DNA from: a bacterium
Lineage (GTDB): Bacteria > Patescibacteriota > Minisyncoccia > 2-02-FULL-40-12 > IGHO2-01-FULL-4-A
Length of the DNA stretch: 64,000 bases
Assembly (NCBI GenBank): GCA_030698885.1
Contig: JAUYLN010000020.1
Span: 7,346 to 71,345, forward strand
Direction of reading: 5' to 3'
Positions 19,508-28,236 of this stretch are shown here, piece by piece. Every line of letters begins with the position of its first letter. The first letter of the stretch is position 1. Below the pieces are notes generated by a model. It searched no databases, had not been told where the DNA came from, and was given only the letters and a program-made list of their open reading frames with translations. The translations under genes and the position numbers were made by a program.

Positions 19508-20101
19508 GTGGAAAACAACAATCAACAACTAAATAGTGGGAGGCCCAGTAGGGGTGGAGGCAGGGGTGGAGGTGATCGTAGGCAAGGCAAGCGTCCCCCA
19601 AGAGAAAAGTCGGAATTTGATTCCAAGGTTTTAGATTTGGCCCGCGTAACCAGGGTTACCAAGGGCGGCAAGAGGTTCAGCTTCAGGGCCACGGTTGTTA
19701 TTGGCGACAGAAAGGGCAGTGTCGGTCTTGGTGTTGCTCAGGGCAGTGATGTTGCTCAGTCAGTACAAAAAGCCACTAACCAGGCCAAAAGATTTTTAAT
19801 GTATGTTCCAAAATTGGGCAGTTCTATACCACACAAAGTTGAAAATAAATATAGTTCTGCTTCGGTTTTACTAAAACCGGCTGTTAAGGGCAACGGCCTA
19901 AAGGCCGGTGGTCCGGTCAGGGCGGTTATAAGTCTTGCCGGCATAGAGGATTTGACTGCCAAGTTGCTTAACAGAACCAGAAATAAAATAAATATAGCAA
20001 GGGCAACCATGGGAGCGCTGGCAAAACTAAAAGTTTCAGCCAAGGATAAGCCCCTGCCTGTCGTGCAGGTAGGTGAATCTGCTCAAGAAAATAAAGCTTA
20101 A
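19508..20101 (+). CDS. rpsE: 30S ribosomal protein S5 (probable GTG start)
   Basis: RVTRVTKGGKRFSF, AGGPVRAV; the upstream ORF extension is repeat-derived. Confidence 0.96.
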   Translation: MENNNQQLNSGRPSRGGGRGGGDRRQGKRPPREKSEFDSKVLDLARVTRVTKGGKRFSFRATVVIGDRKGSVGLGVAQGSDVAQSVQKATNQAKRFLMYVPKLGSSIPHKVENKYSSASVLLKPAVKGNGLKAGGPVRAVISLAGIEDLTAKLLNRTRNKINIARATMGALAKLKVSAKDKPLPVVQVGESAQENKA

Positions 20102-20105
20102 AATT

Positions 20106-20567
20106 ATGCAGTTACATCAATTAAAACCATCAGGAAGCAATAAAAAGCGCAAACGAGTGGGCCGAGGCGGAAGCCGCGGTACTTATTCTGGCCGTGGCCA
20201 GAAAGGACAGAAATCAAGAGCCAGCACTTCAATAAGGCCTGATTTTAGGGGTGGAAGCGTACCACTTTGGAAAATATTTGGTAAAAAAAGAGGCTCAAGC
20301 AAAAAGGTTGATATAAAACACAGAGCGTTTAGAATAAGGAATAAGAAGCCTATCGTTGTTAAGCTGTCCCAGCTGAATCACTTTTTTAAAGATGGCGATA
20401 CGGTTACATTAAAAAATGTTATAAAGGCCGGACTGGCCGATAAATCCGGGGCCGGTATTAAAATTTTAAGCAACGGCGAGATAACAAAGAAGTTAAATTT
20501 TGTCAGATTGCCTATGTCGGCATCAGCAAAAAATAAAGTTACAGCTGCCGGAGGCACCGTCAAATAG
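20106..20567 (+). CDS. rplO: 50S ribosomal protein L15
   Basis: RVGRG..RGTYSGRGQKGQKSR, AAGG. Confidence 0.97.
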   Translation: MQLHQLKPSGSNKKRKRVGRGGSRGTYSGRGQKGQKSRASTSIRPDFRGGSVPLWKIFGKKRGSSKKVDIKHRAFRIRNKKPIVVKLSQLNHFFKDGDTVTLKNVIKAGLADKSGAGIKILSNGEITKKLNFVRLPMSASAKNKVTAAGGTVK

Positions 20568-20649
20568 ATTTACCAATTACCAATAAAATCACTAATATAC
20601 AAATAAGAAATGGATTCGTATATTAGTACCAGATTAGTAATTAGTAGAT
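20568..20649. repeat. Family-A junction hairpin (rplO/secY)
   Basis: ATTTAC...GTAGAT. Confidence 0.9.
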
Positions 20650-20653
20650 AATC

Positions 20654-21913
20654 ATGAATCGTTTTATAAAAATACTGAAGACTCCTGATATCAGAAACAA
20701 ACTGTTATTCATCATGGGCCTTTTGGTTGTATTCAGGGTCTTTGCTGCAGTTCCCATCCCAGGCATTGACACTTCAAGACTAAAAGAATTCTTTGATGAT
20801 AATCAGCTGTTCAGTCTCGTTAACACTTTTACCGGAGGTGGCCTGGACAGTCTCTCTATCGTCATGCTAGGCGTGGGTCCTTATATAACGGGCTCTATCG
20901 TTATGCAGCTTCTAACCTTTATATTTCCTCAACTGGAGCAAATGTATAAGTATGAAGGAGAAGCAGGCAGACAGAGATTTAATCAGTATTCAAGGTTGCT
21001 CACTGTTCCGCTAGCCGTTTTACAGGGCTATGGATTTATGGTGCTCCTCACCAGGCAAGGTGTTATAGACCCCCTGTCTTCTTTTCAGTGGATGACGGCG
21101 CTGTCTGTCGTTACTGCGGGAACTATTTTTCTGATGTGGCTAGGTGAGTTAATGTCAGAGAAAAATATCGGTAACGGTATTTCTATCATGATTTTTGCCG
21201 GTATTTTGTCCGGCTTTCCTAATGCTATCCGGCAGTCATTGTTCGTTTATGATTCTAGTCAGCTCACGACCTATGTAGGATTTGTTGTCATAGCTATAAT
21301 TGTCGTAGCCGGAGTTGTATATATTACAGAAGCCCAGCGCAATATTCCTATCAATTATGCTAAAAGGGTAAGGGGTTCCAAAGTCTTTGGCGGAGTATCT
21401 ACGTATCTGCCGATGCGCGTTAACAGCGCCGGAGTTATGCCTATAATATTTGCTTTATCCATTTTGCTTTTTCCGGGCATGATAGCTAACTTTTTTGCTA
21501 ATTCAAATGTGGCGGTCATATCAAGAGTCGCTAATTTTATTAATGATTTTTTGCAAAATCAAACTGTTTATGGCGTGCTTTATTTCCTGCTCGTAGTTTT
21601 GTTCACTTATTTCTATACCGCCGTTACGTTTGATCCGAAGTCAATTTCTGAAAATATTCAGAAGCAGGGGGGATATATTCCGGGAATACGTCCGGGTCAG
21701 CCGACTGCCCAATTTATGACCCATTTGTTAAACAGGGTTACACTGGTGGGTGCGGCATTTTTGGGTATTATTGCTGTTCTGCCTCAAATCGTAAGAGGCT
21801 TTACAGGAATAACCACATTTACAGTTGGCGGAACTTCCATTTTGATTGTTGTTTCGGTTGCTCTTGAAATAATGAAATCTATTGATGCCCAGCTAAGTAT
21901 GTATGAGTATTAA
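20654..21913 (+). CDS. secY: Preprotein translocase subunit SecY
   Basis: LGVGPYITGSI, IGNGIS, AGVMPIIFA, IPGIRPG. Confidence 0.99.
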   Translation: MNRFIKILKTPDIRNKLLFIMGLLVVFRVFAAVPIPGIDTSRLKEFFDDNQLFSLVNTFTGGGLDSLSIVMLGVGPYITGSIVMQLLTFIFPQLEQMYKYEGEAGRQRFNQYSRLLTVPLAVLQGYGFMVLLTRQGVIDPLSSFQWMTALSVVTAGTIFLMWLGELMSEKNIGNGISIMIFAGILSGFPNAIRQSLFVYDSSQLTTYVGFVVIAIIVVAGVVYITEAQRNIPINYAKRVRGSKVFGGVSTYLPMRVNSAGVMPIIFALSILLFPGMIANFFANSNVAVISRVANFINDFLQNQTVYGVLYFLLVVLFTYFYTAVTFDPKSISENIQKQGGYIPGIRPGQPTAQFMTHLLNRVTLVGAAFLGIIAVLPQIVRGFTGITTFTVGGTSILIVVSVALEIMKSIDAQLSMYEY

Positions 21914-21963
21914 TAAAATTTAAAACATAAAGCGAAAAGCGTAAAACAAAAACACAAAGTCTA

Positions 21964-21997
21964 AAATCAAAAACCGCTCCAAGGCGGTTTTTGATTT
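21964..21997 (+). terminator. Intrinsic terminator after secY
   Basis: aaatcaaaaaccgc-tccaag-gcggtttttgattt. Confidence 0.7.
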
Positions 21998-22025
21998 AAT
22001 AAATTTAGAGGTATAATGTGTGAGT

Positions 22026-22712
22026 ATGGCACAATACTCGGGTAAAAAAATAATTTCATTAATCGGGCCCATTGGTTCAGGTAAAGGAACGCAAGCTGAC
22101 AAATTAGCGGAAGAACTTAATATGCATCATTTTGATACCAGCCGTGTTTTGCGTAAGTTCTTGGCAGCTGCCTTGCCTGATGATCAAGAAGCCCGGAAAG
22201 AGAAAGAGCTTTATCAGGCCGGCGAACTTTTATCGCCACCTTTTGTGTGCAGGGTTCTTTTGGGTGAGATTAGGGTATTGCTGGCGGATATTAATGGAGT
22301 TGTTTTTAGCGGTTCACCAAGGACCGTATATGAATTTGAATGCGAGCTTCCGGCTTTTGATGAACTTGTCGGAGCGGAAAATGTTCACCTTTTTTATATT
22401 GAACTTAGCAAAGAGGAAGCCATAAAACGTAATAGCGCCAGATTGGTATGCGAGAAAAATAGGCATCCTATACCAAATTTACCCGGATACGAAGAGGCAA
22501 GAAAGCTTATGGTTTGCCCGAAGGATGGAAGCAGGCTTATTAAAAGAAGTCTTGATTCAGCAGAAATGATAGCAAAAAGATATGATGTTTATCTCCGCGA
22601 TACCAAGCCCATCCTTGATAAAGCTAAAGAATTAGGATATAAGTTTATAGAAATAAATGGTGACCAGACAATAGAGAAAGTCCATGAAGATATAAGGATG
22701 CACTTAAGTTAA
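22026..22712 (+). CDS. adk: Adenylate kinase
   Basis: GPIGSGKGTQA P-loop, GSPRT, LID-like region, position after secY. Confidence 0.9.
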   Translation: MAQYSGKKIISLIGPIGSGKGTQADKLAEELNMHHFDTSRVLRKFLAAALPDDQEARKEKELYQAGELLSPPFVCRVLLGEIRVLLADINGVVFSGSPRTVYEFECELPAFDELVGAENVHLFYIELSKEEAIKRNSARLVCEKNRHPIPNLPGYEEARKLMVCPKDGSRLIKRSLDSAEMIAKRYDVYLRDTKPILDKAKELGYKFIEINGDQTIEKVHEDIRMHLS

Positions 22713-22792
22713 AAGTTCACAAAGTTCGTAAGGTTAATAAAGTAAAGTCAAACAAAACTTTAAAAACTTTAAACTTTAAAACTTTATAAACT
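22710..22792. repeat. TAAAGT/ACTTTA short-period inverted repeat (adk/map)
   Basis: aaagttc...taaagtaaagt then actttaaaa actttaa actttaaa actttataa. Confidence 0.7.
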
Positions 22793-22798
22793 AGATTC

Positions 22799-23575
22799 TT
22801 GATTAACATAAAAACAGAAGAAGAAATAAAAATAATGAGAGAGGGCGGAAGAATATTGGCGAAGATACTTAAAGAGCTTGCCAATTTCGTGAAGCCCGGA
22901 ATATCCACGGAAGATATTGAAAAGCTCGCCGACGAGCTCATTTCTTTTTATAAGGTCAAACCGGCCTTTTTGGGTTTTAATGACTATCCGGCTTCAACCT
23001 GTATTTCTATAAACGAAGAAGTTGTTCATTGCGTACCTTCAGATAGAGTAATAAAAAGTGGTGATCTAGTCAGTATTGATATGGGCATAATTTTTAAAGG
23101 CTTTAATCTTGATTCTGCCATAACTGTTCCGGCTTTGGACAAAAAAGAGAATTATTCAGAGTGGTCATCTAAAAATCCTAAAAAAAGCAAGCTTCTTGAA
23201 GTGACAAAAAAATCCTTAAGCTTAGCATTGTCTAAAATGAAAGACGGAGCTAGTATAGGCGATATCGGCTACACCATTCAAAGTTTTGTTGAAAAAAACG
23301 GGTTGGTCATAGTAAAGGAGCTAACCGGACACGGTATAGGCAAGTCTTTGCATGAAGAACCCCAGATATTAAATTTCGGCCGCCCCAAAGAAGGCATTAA
23401 GCTCAAGGAAGGGATGACGGTTGCGATTGAACCGATAGTCAGCGTCGGTGAGTGGAGGTTGAAAAATAGTGCCGATGGTTTCGGCTATGAGACGAAAGAT
23501 GGGTCTTTATCGGCCCACTTTGAGCATACTGTGGCGATAACAAAGAATGGAGTAACAATACTGACGGAGGAATAG
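22799..23575 (+). CDS. map: Methionine aminopeptidase type I
   Basis: CISINEEVVH, GHGIG..LHEEP, AIEP, SAHFEHT. Confidence 0.97.
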   Translation: MINIKTEEEIKIMREGGRILAKILKELANFVKPGISTEDIEKLADELISFYKVKPAFLGFNDYPASTCISINEEVVHCVPSDRVIKSGDLVSIDMGIIFKGFNLDSAITVPALDKKENYSEWSSKNPKKSKLLEVTKKSLSLALSKMKDGASIGDIGYTIQSFVEKNGLVIVKELTGHGIGKSLHEEPQILNFGRPKEGIKLKEGMTVAIEPIVSVGEWRLKNSADGFGYETKDGSLSAHFEHTVAITKNGVTILTEE

Positions 23576-23619
23576 GTGAATGACAAAAATGAACAAAAAT
23601 TAAAAAAATGAGCAAAAAT

Positions 23620-24570
23620 ATGAAAAAGCAAATATTTCATCTTTATTTCAATGATGATTTTGACGGTGTAAGTTCGGCGGCCTTGTTTTCTTATTTTGTG
23701 AACAAAAAATGGCCCGGAAAATATAAGTTCAAGTATAATTTGGCGGTTTTTAAGCCGGGATATCAGAAGGAGTGGATTGGTAAAAAACTACCGGAGCCTT
23801 CAGCTGTTTTTGATTTTCGTTATCATCCGGATGCGGGGTGGTGGTTTGATCATCATGAGTCGAGTTTTATTTACGAATCACAAAAGAAAAATTTTAAAAA
23901 TACTGCCCAAAAAGCTTGGGACAAAAACCGTAAATCATGTTGTAGCTTAATTTTAAATCATCTGTCGGGCTATTTTAATTTTGAGTTTCCGGGTTATTTA
24001 AAAGAGCTTGCCAAAGAAGCAGATATTATTGATTCTGCCGGTTATAAATCTGCTAAGGAAGCCCTGGAGCCCAAAGAATCGGCTATAAAATTGAGCAACA
24101 TACTTCCGCTGGGCTTCAGCACTAAAGATGCAAAGGCGTGGATTGAAAGCTTAGCCTCTGGTCCGATGTCTGAAGTGATGAAATTAGATTTAACGAAGAA
24201 GAGAATGTTAAAAGCTGAAAGAATCATAAGTAAGGCCATTGAAGAAGCAAAAAATTTTTCAAAAGTCATCGGCGACACAGTCTTTTTGCCCGGGGGCAGG
24301 ATATTCAGCAGATTTGCCGTTTATTTAGTATATCCAAAAGCATATTATGCAGTGATAGTAAGCGATGTGGGGGAGTATTACCACATCGGGGCAGGCAAGA
24401 ATCCTTGGCTTGAAGTCAGGGACCAGAAAGATATTTCTGAAGTAATGAAAAAATTCGGCGGAGGAGGCCATGTCAATGTCGGTGCGACAGAAGTTAAGAC
24501 AAAGAAAGAAGCTTTACAAATTGCAGAAAAAGTGGTAGAAATATTGAACAGTAAAGCCGTAAAGCTGTAA
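23620..24570 (+). CDS. DHH/DHHA1 family phosphoesterase
   Basis: DDFDG, FDHH, C-terminal GGGH. Confidence 0.85.
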   Translation: MKKQIFHLYFNDDFDGVSSAALFSYFVNKKWPGKYKFKYNLAVFKPGYQKEWIGKKLPEPSAVFDFRYHPDAGWWFDHHESSFIYESQKKNFKNTAQKAWDKNRKSCCSLILNHLSGYFNFEFPGYLKELAKEADIIDSAGYKSAKEALEPKESAIKLSNILPLGFSTKDAKAWIESLASGPMSEVMKLDLTKKRMLKAERIISKAIEEAKNFSKVIGDTVFLPGGRIFSRFAVYLVYPKAYYAVIVSDVGEYYHIGAGKNPWLEVRDQKDISEVMKKFGGGGHVNVGATEVKTKKEALQIAEKVVEILNSKAVKL

Positions 24571-24620
24571 GCCGTAAAGCCGTAAAGCTCTATGGCCGTA
24601 AAGCTCTATGGTCTCATAGC
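24551..24620. repeat. Octamer repeat family; encodes the DHH C-terminus (KAVKL*)
   Basis: taaagccg taaagctg taagccg taaagccg taaagctc tatggccg taaagctc tatgg. Confidence 0.78.
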
Positions 24621-26006
24621 TTGAGGCGTTCTGATTTAATCTTCAACGTAATATTGGTCCCGGTTGATTTTGCTATGCTGGCTCTTGCCGGCATAACTAC
24701 CTATCTTCTGCGCACAGAGATACTGACGGCTTTCAGGCCGGTTCTTTTTGAATTTAACCTGCCCTTTGAAAAGTATATTTTCCTGGCGCTTGGCGTGGCG
24801 GGTTTTTTTGTGGTTGTTTATGCTATATCCGGGCTGTATAACATCGGAGGCCCCAGGAATATTCTGGAAGAGTTTTTCAAGGTAGTTATTGCCTCGTCTG
24901 CGAGCATAATGACTATAATCGTTTATATATTCTTAAGGCAGGAACTTTTTGATTCCAGATTTCTAGTTCTTGGCGCATGGTTTTTTTCTATCATTTTTGT
25001 TTCACTGGGAAGGCTTATCGTGAGGCAGGTTCAGAAGAGTCTCGTTTCTAAACTTGATTACGGAATTCATAAAGTGCTTGTCATTGGCAATGACGATATA
25101 TCTTTCAAAATAATTAACGGCATGAATGACAACCACTCTCTGGGCTATAGGGTGGTTAAACAGCTTGTGAATCCGGAAGTGTCAGAAGTTAAGCTGGCTA
25201 TAGGCAATCCGGGCATAGACGAAGTGATTCTGGCTAATCCTAACTATCCTCAAGATAAAGTAGTTGAGATTGTAGATTTTTGCCATGAGAACCATCTTGT
25301 TTTCAAATTTGTTCCTAATATTTATCAGACTTTAACCGCAAATGCTTCAGCCGAAGCATTTGCCGGGGTGCCCTTAATTGAGCTTAGGAGGACTGCTCTA
25401 GACGGCTGGGGAAGCGTAGTTAAAAGACTGGTAGATGTTTTTGCTTCTGCGCTGGGCTTGATAATTCTATCGCCTTTGTTTTTGATTATAGCTTTTGCCA
25501 TTAAGTGGGAAACAGCCGGTCCGGTTTTTGTAAGACTTGAAAGAGTCAGCAGGAACAAAAGGTTTCAGTTGCTAAAGTTCAGGTCAATGATAAATAATGC
25601 GGATAAGTATAAGGAGATGCTCAAAGAAATGAATGAGCGTTCAGACGGCCCGCTTTTCAAAATGCGTTTTGATCCGCGCGTGACAAGAATTGGAAGATTC
25701 ATAAGGCGCACCAGAATAGATGAACTGCCTCAACTTTGGAATGTTTTGAGGGGGGAGATATCATTGGTTGGGCCAAGACCTCATGAGCCGTCAGAAATAG
25801 ATAAATACCAGAAGCATCACCGGAAAGTTCTGGCCTTAAAAGCCGGGGCTACGGGACTGGCCCAGATATCGGGCAGTTCTGATTTACCATTTGAAAAAGA
25901 AGTTGCCTTGGACACTCTTTATATTGAAAAATGGTCTCTATCTCAAGATATTAAAATTATCATTAGAACTGCCATCAAAATGTTCCGTGACCACTCGGCG
26001 GTTTGA
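24621..26006 (+). CDS. Polyprenyl glycosylphosphotransferase (sugar transferase, WcaJ-like)
   Basis: N-terminal TMs, KRLVD, KFRSM, DPRVT, RIDELPQ, SLVGPRP. Confidence 0.93.
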   Translation: MRRSDLIFNVILVPVDFAMLALAGITTYLLRTEILTAFRPVLFEFNLPFEKYIFLALGVAGFFVVVYAISGLYNIGGPRNILEEFFKVVIASSASIMTIIVYIFLRQELFDSRFLVLGAWFFSIIFVSLGRLIVRQVQKSLVSKLDYGIHKVLVIGNDDISFKIINGMNDNHSLGYRVVKQLVNPEVSEVKLAIGNPGIDEVILANPNYPQDKVVEIVDFCHENHLVFKFVPNIYQTLTANASAEAFAGVPLIELRRTALDGWGSVVKRLVDVFASALGLIILSPLFLIIAFAIKWETAGPVFVRLERVSRNKRFQLLKFRSMINNADKYKEMLKEMNERSDGPLFKMRFDPRVTRIGRFIRRTRIDELPQLWNVLRGEISLVGPRPHEPSEIDKYQKHHRKVLALKAGATGLAQISGSSDLPFEKEVALDTLYIEKWSLSQDIKIIIRTAIKMFRDHSAV

Positions 26007-26039
26007 GATTACCTCTTGAGGTAAATTAAGCGTTTTTTA

Positions 26040-26073
26040 AAACGGCTCAACGATAACTATCGTTGAGCCGTTT
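26040..26073. repeat. Palindrome aaacggctcaacgata..tatcgttgagccgttt; second copy at about 35003-35036
   Basis: Two copies differing by one base; terminator-like. Confidence 0.75.
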
Positions 26074-26108
26074 TGATTTTTAATGTAAGTATATGCTAGT
26101 CTAACGAA

Positions 26109-27209
26109 ATGCGAGTAGCGCTAGTCCATGAATATCTAAACCAGTACGGCGGGGCAGAGAGGGTGCTTGAGATTTTGTGTGAAATTTTTCCTGATGCGCC
26201 GATATATACCCTGGTTTATGATGAAAAAGCCACGGGGGGAGTATTCAAAGATAAAGAGATACATACTTCTTTTATCCAGAAAATTCCTTTCAGCCGGAAG
26301 CATCATCGTGCATTCCCGCTTTTGATGCCCTTAGCTGTTGAGCAGTTTGATTTGTCATATTTTGATGTTGTTATTTCAAATGCTCACTCATTTGCGAAGG
26401 GTATTATCACAAAACCTCATACCCGCCACATTAGCTACTGCATGACTCCGACAAGATTTTTGTGGGATGACAGCCACAGGTATGTGGGCGAGTTCAGATA
26501 TTCCTGGCCTGTCAGAAAACTTTTGCCTTTATTCCTTAACTATCTCCGCATTTGGGATAAAGAGGCGGCGCTAAGAGTGGATGAATTCATCGCTAATTCT
26601 AATTTCGTTAAAACCAGAATAAAAAAGTATTATAACCGCGATGCTACTGTAATCCATCCTCCGGTTGAAGCGGATAAATACAAAATATCAAATAAGCAGG
26701 ATGATTACTTTTTGATGGTGGGGCGTATGGTGCCTTACAAAAAATTTGATTTGGCAGTTAAGGTTTTTAATGCGATTGAAAAACCGTTAAAAATCGTAGG
26801 TGACGGGCCGGAGAGAAAAAAACTTGAAAAAATTGCCCGTTCAACAAGCTCAGGGCAAGCCGGACAGAATATAGAATTTCTTGGGTTAGTCTCGGACTAC
26901 AAGATGCCGGAAATTTACTCAAAGGCACAGGCGTTAATATTTCCCCAAGAAGAAGATTTCGGACTTGTTCCTCTTGAGGCCATGGCCTCAGGCCGTCCTG
27001 TTATAGCTTACCGTGGCGGGGGAGCGCTTGAAACTATCGTTGAAGGTAAAACAGGAGTGTTCTTTGACGAACAGACAGAAATTGATATGGTTCAGGCTAT
27101 TGGTAAATTTAACTATACTGAATGGGACCCGGTTCAAATTCGCGAGCACGCCAAAAAATTTGATAAGTTAGTTTTTAAGCAGAAAATGGTAGAGCTATTG
27201 ACGAAATAA
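26109..27209 (+). CDS. Glycosyltransferase family 4
   Basis: HEYL..GGAERV, EEDFGLVPLEAMASG. Confidence 0.93.
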   Translation: MRVALVHEYLNQYGGAERVLEILCEIFPDAPIYTLVYDEKATGGVFKDKEIHTSFIQKIPFSRKHHRAFPLLMPLAVEQFDLSYFDVVISNAHSFAKGIITKPHTRHISYCMTPTRFLWDDSHRYVGEFRYSWPVRKLLPLFLNYLRIWDKEAALRVDEFIANSNFVKTRIKKYYNRDATVIHPPVEADKYKISNKQDDYFLMVGRMVPYKKFDLAVKVFNAIEKPLKIVGDGPERKKLEKIARSTSSGQAGQNIEFLGLVSDYKMPEIYSKAQALIFPQEEDFGLVPLEAMASGRPVIAYRGGGALETIVEGKTGVFFDEQTEIDMVQAIGKFNYTEWDPVQIREHAKKFDKLVFKQKMVELLTK

Positions 27210-27266
27210 TTTAATCCTGGTATATTATAAATAAGTTTATAGGTCTTTTAAAAAAGAGGGCACGGA

Positions 27267-28001
27267 ATGGAACTACTAAAATCTAGACTTGAAATAAATG
27301 CTCTTTTAGAGAATCTAACATTTTGCTGGGACAAGGAAATAGCGGCGGAGATTGTAAGGATTTTTCATAGACTGCCTTTTTCTGGCAAAGTACAGCTATC
27401 ATTTGGACATAAAAAACCAAGCAGACCGTTCAGCGGTTTCACTCAGGAGCATGGGGATGTGACAATAAAAGATAATGATAAGCTTAAGGTAAAAACTTTT
27501 GGAGAAAATGAAGAAGATTTTGAGCGTGTTGGTAATTTTAAAATCAAGAAGAAGAGAAGGGGTAGGGTCGCTTCCGGTATTCTTTTTTTTCCATTTGCAC
27601 AATCAGATATTGCTACCCAATCCTTTAATGAATCCAGGATTGAGTATGAGATTGATTTTATCAATAGCACCCTAGAACCATTTGCTTTTTTTAAAATTTA
27701 TTATGAACCAAAGGAGAGAGCCTTGTTCGGTGGACTTTCGGTTATTACTTTTAGTCGGCAAATAGAAAGAATTTTTTACGAGAAACCAATATATTTTATT
27801 GAAGAAAAAAATTGGGCTGGACCCGGTTTTTCTTTAAGAAAAATTATCTTAGATGCAATTGTCGGAATATTTTTTGTTTTTTTGATCGGACCTTTTCTAG
27901 GACTTGCATTCTGGCCTCGTTATCCGTTCTTTATTCTTTGGATGTTGATGTGCCTTGCCGTAAGGCTGTATTTCAAGAAAAATAAACCACCCACTAGCTA
28001 A
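27267..28001 (+). CDS. Hypothetical protein with C-terminal TM helices
   Basis: 244-aa ORF, own TTGACG-17-TATATT promoter (27198-27226), GAGGG SD. Confidence 0.65.
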   Translation: MELLKSRLEINALLENLTFCWDKEIAAEIVRIFHRLPFSGKVQLSFGHKKPSRPFSGFTQEHGDVTIKDNDKLKVKTFGENEEDFERVGNFKIKKKRRGRVASGILFFPFAQSDIATQSFNESRIEYEIDFINSTLEPFAFFKIYYEPKERALFGGLSVITFSRQIERIFYEKPIYFIEEKNWAGPGFSLRKIILDAIVGIFFVFLIGPFLGLAFWPRYPFFILWMLMCLAVRLYFKKNKPPTS

Positions 28002-28236
28002 CGCAGTCGGTGGTTTTAAATTTGATAAGCTGGCTCTAGATAGAAGATATTGGCTAGAGAGCGGAGATTCATCCCGTACGAAGTAGCTTGAATACAACCT
28101 TAAACAAAACTGTTTGTACTGCAAAGCTAAGTATTAACTTGTTGTCAGGGCTTTGAAATCTAACCTGGCAGGCAGGGATACTTCGTCCGGGATTCATCCA
28201 CAACTCTGCCGGCACAATTAAGAGTATAATTAAAGA

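Noticed and set aside
20101-20106. Missing rpmD (L30) between rpsE and rplO as a novelty
   Set aside because: Known lineage-wide feature of CPR bacteria; used only as a taxonomic clue
10266-20649. Family-A repeats as a CRISPR array; TCTAC...GTAGAT resembles the Cas12a repeat stem
   Set aside because: Copies are separated by whole genes, vary in length, sequence and orientation, and no cas genes are present; the 5-6 bp match is probably coincidental
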